From: Geosiphon pyriformis uo1
Lineage: Eukaryota; Fungi; Glomeromycota
DNA length: 64,000 bases
Assembly: GCA_016748015.1 (NCBI GenBank)
Contig: JAAOMT010000236.1
Coordinates: 1-64,000 of the forward strand
Direction of reading: 5' to 3'
Shown here: positions 52,534-64,000 of the stretch, piece by piece
How the letters are laid out: the number at the start of each line of letters is the position of its first letter
Position numbering within the stretch: position 1 is the first letter of the stretch
Notes under the pieces: generated by a model
Database searches by the model: none
What the model was told of the DNA's origin: nothing
What the model saw: only the letters and a program-made list of their open reading frames with translations
Translations under genes and position numbers: made by a program

Positions 52534-53660
52534 CAAAATTTGATTTGTTGATATAGATATCCAAAAAAATTGTTATCAAACCAGAAAATCCACTTTATGA
52601 ACAAAATATTAACAAAATTAAGCCAAAAATTTGGAATTAAAAGACTATTATTATTATCATATTATGTATAAACCAATAATTTAGTCAAAAAATTTAACAG
52701 AATATTGTGCAAAATAATAACCAAGATTAACCAAAAACATCAAGACAAATAAGATTTATTTATACTACCAGTATTATTTGCTTATTGGACAATAAAGCAA
52801 AATACTACACAAACAATATTATTTGAACTAGTCTATATTAAAACAGCAATATTATAGTTAAAATATATATTAATATATATCTAACAAAACCAATAACAGA
52901 AGCTAACTTTTAAAAAACATTGCTAAAAAAAACATATAACTTAATAGAAACTTTAAAAAACAAAAGACAAAAAACAGTTAATAACATATATAAATTACAA
53001 ACAAAACAAAAAAAATAACATGATAACCAATTATCAGATAAACTAGTCAAATTTAAGATTGGGAACAAAGTACTTTTATATTGTATCAAAGTGAAAAAAC
53101 AATAGAATAAAAAATTTGATTTCAAATAGAACAGACTATTTTATATTTAAAAAATTCTAGGAAATAGAGCTTATAAATTAAGATAAACAACAAAATTTTA
53201 ACTAAAGTAACACATAAAAATTAACTAAAATTATAATACAATATAATATTATTATTTACCAATAATATTCCACAATTGGAAATACAATAAATACTAATTC
53301 AACCAGATGAGATTCCACAAAATCTAAAACCAGTTATAATTATTGATACAAACATGTCAAATTGATCTACAAAAACAGTATATAAAAAATTAATATATAC
53401 AATAAAAGCAAGTAGAAAAATGAAAATTACTGACAATATTTTCTCATTTGTACAACAATTATTACAACTTATTTAACATCAAAAATCAAGTCTAGAAATC
53501 ATTATTAACAAACAAGCAATCTAAAATAAAAACAAAAGAATAAATCAAAAATCTCAAAGAAAAAAACAATATTCCAGATATTATATTTCTGGAAATCCAG
53601 TAAACAAAATAATAGAAAAAGTGGAAAAGACTCTAAAAACTTCAAGAATAGTGATATCAG

Positions 53661-54631
53661 TATTACTAGTAGAATTTTAGCTATTAATTAGCATGAAATT
53701 ACCTTCATAATTCCTATTATATATTAGCATATATTATTATCATTTCGATTATTACTTATTACTTAATCAAATTATCAAATATTATTACTCAATTAATAAC
53801 CCAATTTGTACCATAAAAATTAAAATAATCAAATTACACAATACTCTGAACCATTTAATATAGTTAAAATTCGCCGAAATTGATAAAAATTCGCCGAAAT
53901 AATCAATAGTTTGTAGAAATAACTTGTAGTTCACCAAAATATATCTTTAGTTTGCCAAAATTAAAGCAAAGAAAAAAGTGCAAGTTCAAAGACTAATACT
54001 ACAACAAGTTGTATAAAAAAAGAGCTTTTCTCTTCAAGAAAATGTATTTTCTTATATCATAGTATAGTATTTTACTTTAGATATCTTAATTATAACAAAT
54101 CATCTTTTACAAAAATCAAATAAAAATTAAAATATTCCAAAACCAAATCCTTAAATTATTACACTTAAAATTCTCTTAGCACAATTAACGTTTTGAAATT
54201 GATTAACTACCAATTTCAATAAACTGTTAGTAACTTTAGGTCTGAATAGAAAATATTTCTCTTGATAAAATCTTATTTTTTTTACATTTCTTTTATTTTT
54301 TCTTTCTTTTCTTACTATAATCATTAAAGTAGTCTGCAGACAAAATTTCTGTAGAAAAGTTAACTTTCACAGCAAAAGTAACTACATATTTTTAGTAAAC
54401 TTTTAGATAAGCAATTTTTAAGAAGGAGTTGACATTTATTACAACATAACTACACAAAAAAACTGGCATAGAATTGGTCATTTTACTTATAAGTTCAGCA
54501 GTTCAAATTATAGAAGATAATTTGTAAATAAATTCAGTTATTGGAGGTTCAACTGCTTCCAAAAAACATAAAATTAGCAACAGACAAACATTAACAACAT
54601 TCAAAAAAAAGACCAAAAATCTCTGGTAACA
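53661..54631 (+). repeat. 5' LTR of G
   Basis: TATTACTAG...CTGGTAACA; direct repeat of 63401-64000. Confidence 0.93.
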
Positions 54632-55103
54632 TTTGGTGCTCTCTCACAGAAATAACATAGCAACAGCAAATTTAAAGTGGTGACCACACCAAACACAATA
54701 ACTCTAAAATATTATCAATCAATTTACATTTACTGCAAGCAAAGATTCAACATCTAAGACGGAATTGAAATTTTTAAGAAATCACTATACCAATATATTA
54801 AAAACTGCATCAACAATTATCTTTTTGGAAACTACAATATTTCAAAAGTCAGAAACAACTTTTACAATATTTTATTGTACTATTTACTATTGGGAACTAA
54901 AGATCATAACAGTGAAACACTTGTTACCTACTTTCAAGAATTTAACTTTAACATTATCCAGTACTGTAAAAAAAAGTATCTAGTACAATCCAAATACTTT
55001 TTTGACTTTGAATCAGAAACAGAGACAAGCAACAAAGGCAAAAAAAATTGAAACAACACTCAAAAACTGTTCCAAACACTCCAAAAATACCAAAAACAAC
55101 TGC

Positions 55104-56075
55104 TGTTACCAGAGGTTTTTGGTCTTTTTTCTTGAATGCTATTAATGTTAATTTGCTGTAAATTTACATTTTCAAAAAGTAGTTGAACCTTCAGTAACTG
55201 AATTTATCTTCAAATTATCTCCTATAATTTGAACTATTGGGCTTATAAGTGGAATGGCCAATTTCTTGCCAGTTACTTTATGTAGTTTTATTGTAGTAAA
55301 CGTCAACTCTTTCCTAGGAATTGCTCATCTGGAAGCTCACTAAAAATGTGTAGTTACTTTGCTGTGAAAGTCAACTTTTCTACAGGAATCTTGTCTGTAG
55401 GCTACCTTAATAATTATAATAAGAAAAGAAAGAAAAATAAAAAAAATATAAAAGAAATAGAATTTTATCAAGAAAAACGTTTTTCTATCCAGGCCTGGAG
55501 TCACTAACAGTTTATTGAAATTGGTAGCTAATCAATTTCAAAACGTTAGTTGTGTTGAGGGAATTTCAAGTGTGATAATTTAAGAATTTGGTTTTTCGAA
55601 TATTTAATTTTTATTTGAATGTGTAAAAGTGATTTGTTTCAATTAAGATCTCTAAAGTAGAATGCTATAGTAAGATACTATAAGAAGATACATTTTCTTG
55701 AAGAGAGAAGCTCTTCTTTTATATAACTTGTTGTGGTACTAGTTTTTGAACTTGCACTTTTCTCTTTGCTACAATTTGGGTGAACTTAAGATATATTTCA
55801 GCAAATTTACAAGTTATTTCACTGAACTATTGATTATTTCGGCAAATTTTCATTAATTTCGGCGAATTTTGACTATGTTAAATGGTTCAGGGTATTGTGT
55901 AATTTGATTATCTTAATTTCTAGAGTACAAATCGGATTATTGATTAAGTAATGATATTTGATAATTTGGTTAAATAATAAGTGATAATCGAATTAATAAT
56001 AATGTATGCTAATTAATAATAGGAATTATAAGGGTAATTTCATGCTAGTTAATGACTAAAATTCTACTGGTAATA
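55104..56075 (-). repeat. Family-1 solo LTR, antisense inside G, 4-bp TSD CTGC
   Basis: TGTTACCAG...CTGGTAATA on the plus strand; CTGC at 55100-55103 and 56076-56079; the empty site ACAACTGCCAAA is seen in A. Confidence 0.93.
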
Positions 56076-59000
56076 CTGCCAAATACTTGCAAACACCTGA
56101 ACAAGGAACCAGCATTAAATTATCACTTTTTATTATACCATTTCCAATTTCACTTGCTCAACTATAAACACCAAGTTTACCACTTATCTGTTTCTTCAGA
56201 CCAGAAGATTTTCAGTCACCTAAAAGTCTTACTCAACAGCAAAAACCAATATCAACCAGCACTAATATTATTAATTATTTACAAGAAAATAAAAGTAATC
56301 ATTCAAAAAACTTAGAAAGTAAAGAAACTAAATTAGAACAAGTAAACTACAGAAAATGAAAAAAAATGACAACTGTTTATATTGCAAAAATTCCAAAATT
56401 TACTGGTGAAAATAATGATACCAGTTTTCAAAAATGGCTTGACAAAGTCCAGAAAGCAGAAGATGCAAATAAATAAAATACAGCAAAAATGTTCAAAGCA
56501 ATTTCATACTTTCTTCAAAAAATTATAGGAGAATAGTTTGAAAACTTAGAAGAACCATTTGGAAACTGGCAAGCATTCAAAAATGCTTTCTTACAACAAT
56601 TCACTAACAACAACACTTTTATCACTCTCCAAAATCACTTTTACAATATCAAACAAGAAACATCTAAAACTGTTATAACCTATCTTGGAAGATTTAATAA
56701 TCTTTTTAAACAAATTTGACTATTTGAAATCAATTAATACTATTTCAATGCCCAGATTTTGGATCAGTTTATAGCAGAATTAAAAGACAAATTGATCAAA
56801 AAAGTTTGCTCACCTGCTCTAGAAGACTTAGCAATAGTTATTAGATATGCAAAAAACTATAAAATGGCAATAGAAGAAGCAAATCATATCAAACTTGTAA
56901 ATCTTGCTATTAAAGAAACCAGCTCAGCAGCTGAAGAAAAAATTGATCAGCTTACAAAAAAGGTTGAAAACTATCAACAACAGCAATAACAAACACAAAA
57001 ATATTAACCACCACAACAACAAAACCAAACCAACTACCCATTATTATTAAACAATTAAAACCAAAGTTGTCATTATTGTGGAATTCTAAGACATTGGAAA
57101 CAAGACTGCAAAAAACTACAAAAAAACCAACAAAACAGGAATAATTAATGTTACTTTTCAACATAGCAATTTCATTATCAGTCTTTACTATCAGTCTACT
57201 ATTTTTCAAGACCCCAACAACAAAACAGTTACTATCAACCTTCTTCCCACCAACAATATTAATAACCTTCACCAATTCAACAGTATCAACAGCCACTTAT
57301 ACAACAATATTAAGTACCTGTTCAAAAATTGATTTAACAAAACCAATTCACACCCCAAAATTAATTCCATAATAATAATAACAGAATCAACTCAAACAAC
57401 TAGTTGGTTTCTCGAAATTCTGGTCAGTAAAGACCCAATTATTACCACACTCAATCCAGTTATCTTACAATACCAAAAGAATCAGATTTTTAACAAACTG
57501 CACTTTCTAAAGATAAAGTTGCAGCACCAAAATTAAACCTTTCCAACAATACTATTCTATTAGTCCAAATTGTTCAAAATACCAACCTTTCAGATATATT
57601 TCTATTTGAATTTGAAGCCAATGAATCACCATTCTTGCTTAGCAATGCAGCTGTTAATGAGCAAAAAACAATCACTGCTATATATACTAAAGCTAAAGTG
57701 AAAGGAAAACAAATCTGCTTAATTCTAGACAATAGATTAGCTAAAAGTATTATTATTACCTACCAACTAATGCAACAACTCAACCAAAATATTGACAGAC
57801 CAGTCCAAACAGTAATTATTATAGCTGATAGTATGAAGAAAACTTCAGTAGAAGAAATTGATAACTTTCTTTTCACAGTTAATAAAATTACCATTTCAGT
57901 CAAAGTTTTAGTCATAAATGTACCTTAATACCAAGCTTTTGTTGGAAATGATTGGTTTCTTAAGACCAATGCAAATTTAGATTGGGAAATCCAGGAATTG
58001 AAGATTTCGTATTAAGAACAATATACCAAAGTACCTACCACCTGTAGTACTTTTAATAAAAAATATGAAAAAGCCTTAGTATTCGAATTTGAAGAAGAGA
58101 AAGAACTACCAATCACTAAAACCTTTATGGCTCTTGGATTAACATCCAATTGGGCTGAGAAACAGAACAAGAACTCTTTGAGGAAACCAGAAAATAGAAT
58201 ATAGTTAGATATTTTACATTAGAACCATAGAAACAACCATCTTATATCCTACTTAAATGCAAAGATTGCAGCAAGAAACTTTTATCAATGGGAGCATGTA
58301 TCTCCTCAGAAGAAAAATATGAAGCTTGTACCTATTACTACTGTAAAGCATGCCATAAAAAATGATTTGGATATTCCAAACAAAATAGAAAATAGGACAA
58401 CACTTCTTGTCTTACATACAAAAATATGTTATCAGAAGAATACAACTGAATTGATGTTGCAATAAAAAGAGAAGTATGTAATCAAACCTGTCAATATGCT
58501 CTATTAATCTCAGAAAAAGTGAGAAGAAAAATACTTTTTGATACAACATACAACAGTGTTTTTAACAAACTCTACCATTATCCTTATAATGCTGAAATGA
58601 TCTTTGATTTAGCAATGGCTTTAATCAATAAAGCCACACAAAAAGATGTTTGCCAAATAAAAGAAGCTAAGTATATTAAATACACAATATAATTACCTAA
58701 ATTTAACTATAAAGATAAAGTAAAAACATATCACCAGATTACAAGTCATACTTATCTAACCCAAAAAGCTCAAATTCAATGATTGAAGCAAATAAATATT
58801 CAATTGTATGAAGAATACATCATGCTTTGTAATGACAAATAGTGTTCAGAATGCTATGCTCTTAGCATCTCTTTACTTAACAAAAATGACTAGGAGAAAA
58901 TTGAGTTTAAAGAATCTAGGCTAGTAGAAAAAATTACAATAACTCCAATTTATCTTACTAAAAATTAGTCTGTTATACAACTTAAATACTTTGACAACAA

Positions 59001-61186
59001 TGGACAAAGAATAAAACCAAAAAAAGCCCACGATATAGATGTTGAATATGATCTACAATATTCAGGAAAAGATATTTTGGTCCTCTAACCAAAATCCTTA
59101 ACCAAAATCAACTTCAAAATTGCTCTTAAAATACCATCAGAAACAATAGTACAAATTGCTTCTCAATCATCATTGGCAAGCAAAAAAATCAATATTAGAG
59201 AAGGAGTTATAGATGCAGAATATACTGAAGATATTACCATCATGTTACAGAATAAAACAGACAAACCATTTAGGATTGAACATGCAGAAAAGATTGCCCA
59301 AACAATTTATCTATTCTTAATCAACATTTTGGGTTTATAATTAGTTAACAATAGAGAATTATTATTTTACTTTTTAGAAAACATCACGAAATTTACACTT
59401 GCTCAAAACTCACTACTACTCAACAAATCTTTGAATTCAATAAACAAATCTGTTTAAAACATAAAATCTCAATCTTAAATGTTTATATTCCCAAAGAAAT
59501 GAAGAAATTTTGAGTTATATTCTACAATCCCAACAATTACTTTATTGTCTTATTAAATAAATTAAAAATTAGAATCATATATAGCAACATCTTTCAAGAT
59601 GAAAACTCTTAAACTGTCTCTAATTTCATTGAAATTGTAAGACATATCTTACTTTTCAATCCAAATATTATCTCTACTATTAAAAGCTACTATCTTTTGG
59701 AAGAAAAACTTTCTCGAATCAACATGAGTCTTTTAGAACTCCAACAACAAAGACAACTGAAACAGCTAATAGTTTAATTTGCAGATATATTTACAAAAGA
59801 CAACAATAACTTAAAAAAACTGATATTGTCTAACATCAAATTCACACAAGAAATGCTCTACCAAAATGACAACAAGCTTATTAAGTACCACTTGTCAGCC
59901 ACCAATTCATCAGAGAAAAGGTCCAAAGAATGTTTAATAACAGATTGATTCAACCATCAAAAAGTCCATAGGTTTCACCAGTAGTTTTGGTTAAAAAAAA
60001 ATAGAAAAATCAGATTTTGTGTTGACTATTACCAATTAAACAGTGTAACAATTAAAGATGCCTACTCCTTTCCAAGAATTGATAACATGCTAAATGCTCT
60101 AAGAAAAGCCAAGTTCTTTTCAACTTTAGACTTAAAAAATGAATACTAGCAAATCGAAATAGACTCAAAAGATTGACCCAAAACAGCATTTTATCATCCA
60201 AAAAAAAAACTATAAGTTCAATGTTATGTTTTTTGAACTCTGCAATGCACCAGCAACATTCTAGCAATTCATAAATGTTGTTTACTAAGGACTTTTATGG
60301 CAATTAATAGTTGTTTATCTGGATGACACTAATGTGTACTTACCAAGCTTTGAAGCTCATTTTATTTACCTGTAAAAAGTTTTTCAATGATTATAGAAAG
60401 CAAGATTAAAATTAAACATTGAGAAATATCACTTTGGAAAAACAAGTTTAATTTTTTTTAAACACATAGTTAACAAAAATGGAGTCAAACCAAATTGTAG
60501 AACAATTAGTGCTGTCAAAAACTTTCAAACTTCCAAAAATACTACAGAGTTACAAAAATTTGTGAAATTAGTCTTATATTATCGAAAATTCATAAAAAAA
60601 TTCTCAGAAATTGCCAAACTCCTTAGTTATTTTATCAACAAAAACATGTCATATTAATAAACTAAAAAACAGCAGAAAGCCTTTGAAACTCTCAAAACAA
60701 AATTAACAACAGCCCCAGTTTTTGTTTATTCAAACTTCAACAAATAGTTTCAACTAGCCATTAATGCTTCACACACAGCATTTGGTGCTATTTTATTACA
60801 ATTAGATGAAAATAGCCAGAAACAAGTTATTGTTTATGTTAGTAAAACACTCAAACCAACAGAATTCAAGTATGGCTCAACTGAATTAGAAGCTGCTGCA
60901 GTCATTTGGGTTTTTAAACACTTTCAACAATACTTGAAAAATAGAAAAAAATTTAATATTATAACTGACAATATTGGTCTCAAATGGCTCAATAAAAAAA
61001 AAACTGAACAAAGTGCCAAACAGTTTCAATAGAATAACTTCCTAGCAGACTACAAATATATTGTACACCACAAACCAAGAAAACTATACACTAATGTTAA
61101 CAATCTTTCAAGAATGAAACAAGATTAACACTAACAGCAATCTTACCACAACTTATCAACTTATCAACAATAATAACCAAACAACA

Positions 61187-62570
61187 ATAGATCTCAGAAA
61201 TTACAACAACATTAAAAACTATTTGGAGACTTTTACCATGTCAGAAAATTGGTTTTCAAGTGAAAAAAACCGATTACAACATTAATCAAAACAATATTTT
61301 ATACACCACAACAAAATCTATTATAAAAATTGCAGAAATTCAAACCAATCACTCAGATTAGTACAGGAAAATGAAAAAGAAACAATCCTATACAACATGT
61401 ACACTCATCCATTATCAGCACACTTGGGAGAGATGAAACAATTCAAAGAACTTTTAAACATTATTTTTAACTCTACATGTAAAAAGACATTTGACAATAT
61501 ATAAAATCTTGTAATAATTGTTAAAAAAGAGAAGGAACTTGCTCCACAGAACCTTTAAATTCAATCAAAGTTGGACAACCTTTTAACAGAGTTGGAATTA
61601 ATTTAGTCAGACTATTATCTATTACAACCCAAGGAAATCATTATATTGCAGTTGTAGTAGATTATTTTACCAAATAGTCTGAAGCTAAAGTTATCTAAAG
61701 AACAGATGCAAAATCAGTAGCAAATTTTGTTTATAAAGACATTATTTGTAGACATGGATGCCTAATTGAACTTTTATTTGATCAAGGAACCCATTTTATA
61801 AACAACTTAATATAAAAAATTTGTGAATAATTCAATGTCAAAAGACTTTTATTATCACTTTATTATCCCTAAACAAATAGACTTTAGAATGTTTCAACAA
61901 AATATTATATGAATCTTTAGCCAAAGTCTCAACAGATTTTGAACAGAAATGGAATATTTTTATTCTATCAGTGTTATTAACATACAGAAAACTAAAACAA
62001 GATACTATAAAACACATATCATTTGATCTTACTTATGAAAGAACAGCAAGATTACCAATTAATTTCACAGTGAAAACATATTCAGTACAACCAATCAATG
62101 AAGAAAACTTCTAAGAAACACTCCAAAAAAGAGTCTACACTCTTTTTAATATACTGGAAGGAAAAAAACAAATAGCAGCCACTTATATTGAACACTTTCA
62201 AGCTCAACAAAAAGAAAGGCATGACAATAAACTGTTACCAGTTGTCAACGAATTTAAAGTTGGAAATAAAATTTTTTTACACAGAACTAAGGCTAAAAAA
62301 CAATAAAGTGAAAAATTTAAACATAAATAGGATAGACCATTTTATATCTACTAAATTTTAGGCAATAGATCATATAAGTTAAGACTTAATAACAAAGTAC
62401 TAGCAAAAGTTGCATATGGAGATTGATTAAAACATTATCATTTCAGAAACAATTCTAAACTTTTAATTTCACAAATTGGTACATATTTCCTTTTAATTAA
62501 TCCTAAAAATATTCTCTGAAATTTAGAACCAATAGTTATAATAAAACAACAACTAAACTTGAATACTTAA
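61187..62570 (+). pseudogene. Integrase ORF of G
   Basis: ATA (decayed ATG) DLRNYNNIKNYL, H2C2, GINLV, DQGTHF, ends LEPIVIIKQQLNLNT*. Confidence 0.88.
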
Positions 62571-62713
62571 TTTAACATTTTTATAATAATCTCTTTAAAA
62601 TACACAAAAATAATAAATAATTACAAGAAACATTCAAACCCAAAAACAAATAAAAACCCCATATTCAAAAAATAATTTTTTTTTATTCTTTTTATTAATT
62701 AGTCACTTTTATC

Positions 62714-63389
62714 ATGATTATTCTCTGAAATATCCAACAAATATTTCAAAAATTAATATTAGCTTTAAAAACACTTCCTGATTTATTCATAATAATTAAT
62801 AGAAATCAAATTAATTACACTTAAAAAAAAACCACAACACCAGTAATAAATAATTTTCAAAATTATTATCCTTATAGAAAAAAAACAAGAGGTTACTCTG
62901 GAAATCAATTACCAGAACTTTTGAAACAAGCACTAAAAGAAAACTTTTTATTTGCTCCTATTGACATTTTACCAAATACCACAATCCAACAAAAACTTCT
63001 ATTATTTTTAATGAACAAAACAATGAACATACTCTTATTTATAGATATTTTCATATTAAAAAAACACTCTATGAATAAAAACTAGAACTTGAAGCAACCA
63101 ACATTACTCCTGAAGCTATACAAAAACAAATTCACAATAAATTCAAAACAGCAGCTGGACCAGCAAACATTTGCTACAAACTTAGAGCAGCATTTAGACT
63201 CTATGATTTATTCAATACTTGTGAAAATGTCTTACAAAATCTAATACTTTACCCAATAAAGATTCAATACATTGGAAAGCTCACAGAACTAATATTTCAA
63301 CAATTTTCAGGCCAAATCACTTCAATTATCTTGGATTACTATTTTGACATTACAAATAGTGCTTGAACTTTGATAAAGTTCAGTCTTGA
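62714..63389 (+). pseudogene. ORF3 of G (unknown)
   Basis: MIIL*NIQQIFQKLILALKTLPDLFIIINRNQINY..; coding-like up to the PPT; weak similarity to the D/F ORF3 N-terminus. Confidence 0.5.
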
Positions 63390-63397
63390 GGAGGAGA
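63388..63397 (+). promoter_or_regulatory. Polypurine tract of G
   Basis: GAGGAGGAGA 3 nt upstream of the 3' LTR. Confidence 0.85.
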
Positions 63398-63400
63398 TTA

Positions 63401-64000
63401 TGTTACCAGTAGAATTTTAGCTATTAATTAGCATAAAATTACCCTCATAATTCCTATTATTAATTAGCATATATTATTATTATTTCGATTATTACTTATT
63501 ATTTAATCAAATTATCAAATATTATTATTTAATTAATAACCCGATTTGTATTATAAAAATTAAGATAATCAAATTACACAATATCCTGAACCATTTAATA
63601 TAGTTAAAATTCGTCGAAATTGATGAAAATTCGCCAAAATAATCAATAGTTTGTAGAAATAACTTGTAGTTTACCAAAATATATTTTTAGTTTGCCAAAA
63701 TTAAAGCAAAGAAAAAAGTGCAAGTTCAAAGACTAGTATTACAACAAGTTGTATAAAAAAAAAGCTTTTCTCTTCAAGAAAATATATCTTCTTATATCAT
63801 AGCATAGTATTTTACTTTAGATATCTTAATTATAACAAATCATCTTTTATACATTCAAATAAAAATTAAATATTCAAAAACCAAATTCTTAAATTATTAC
63901 ACTTGAAATTCTCTCAACACAACTAACGTTTTGAAATTGATTAGCTACCAATTTCAATAAAATGTTAGTAACTCCAGGTCTGGATAGAAAACGTTTCTCT
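63401..64000 (+). repeat. 3' LTR of G (partial)
   Basis: Begins TGTTACCAGTAG and matches 53661 onward. Confidence 0.95.

Larger units (their letters stand above)
36265..53660 (+). mobile_element. Old, heavily decayed Ty3/Gypsy element E, host of D, F, a solo LTR and G; both LTRs absent from the window
   Basis: Gag 36265-36700, PR about 37300-37680, Cys-rich domain, dUTPase about 38800-39200, resumes at 49408 (RT, RNase H to 51014, IN from 51043), resumes at 52534 (IN end, ORF3). Confidence 0.88.
53661..64000 (+). mobile_element. Near full-length Ty3/Gypsy element G (family 1) inserted in ORF3 of E
   Basis: 5' LTR 53661-54631, PBS TGGTGCTCTCTC at 54634, GTG 54677, Gag to RNase H stop 61128, IN 61187-62570, ORF3 from 62714, PPT GAGGAGGAGA, 3' LTR from 63401. 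Confidence 0.95.

Overview
AT-rich eukaryotic repeat DNA with no host protein gene, RNA gene or CRISPR array that I can support. It looks like a fungal, probably Glomeromycotina (Geosiphon-like), heterochromatic TE nest; that assignment is inferred from composition and element style, not from a search. The window holds seven decayed Ty3/Gypsy LTR retrotransposons (A-G) from at least three LTR families, three solo or probable solo LTRs, the 5' half of a LINE, a CpG-rich Sola-like transposase fragment and four N gaps. Nesting: B contains the LINE, which contains A, and B also holds a solo LTR; E contains D (which contains C), F, a solo LTR and G (which holds another solo LTR). The main result is a shared, unusual Gypsy architecture: LTR - PBS - probable GUG start - one frameshift-free ORF (novel N-terminal domain, Gag, CCHC, protease, a ~200-250 aa multi-CxxC domain of unknown function, five-motif dUTPase, RT, RNase H) - conserved STOP - short A/C-rich spacer - integrase as a separate ATG-initiated ORF - third sense ORF of unknown function - PPT - LTR. 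LTR U5 regions carry covarying RNA stems and palindromic loops. All copies are eroded by C:G to T:A transitions.
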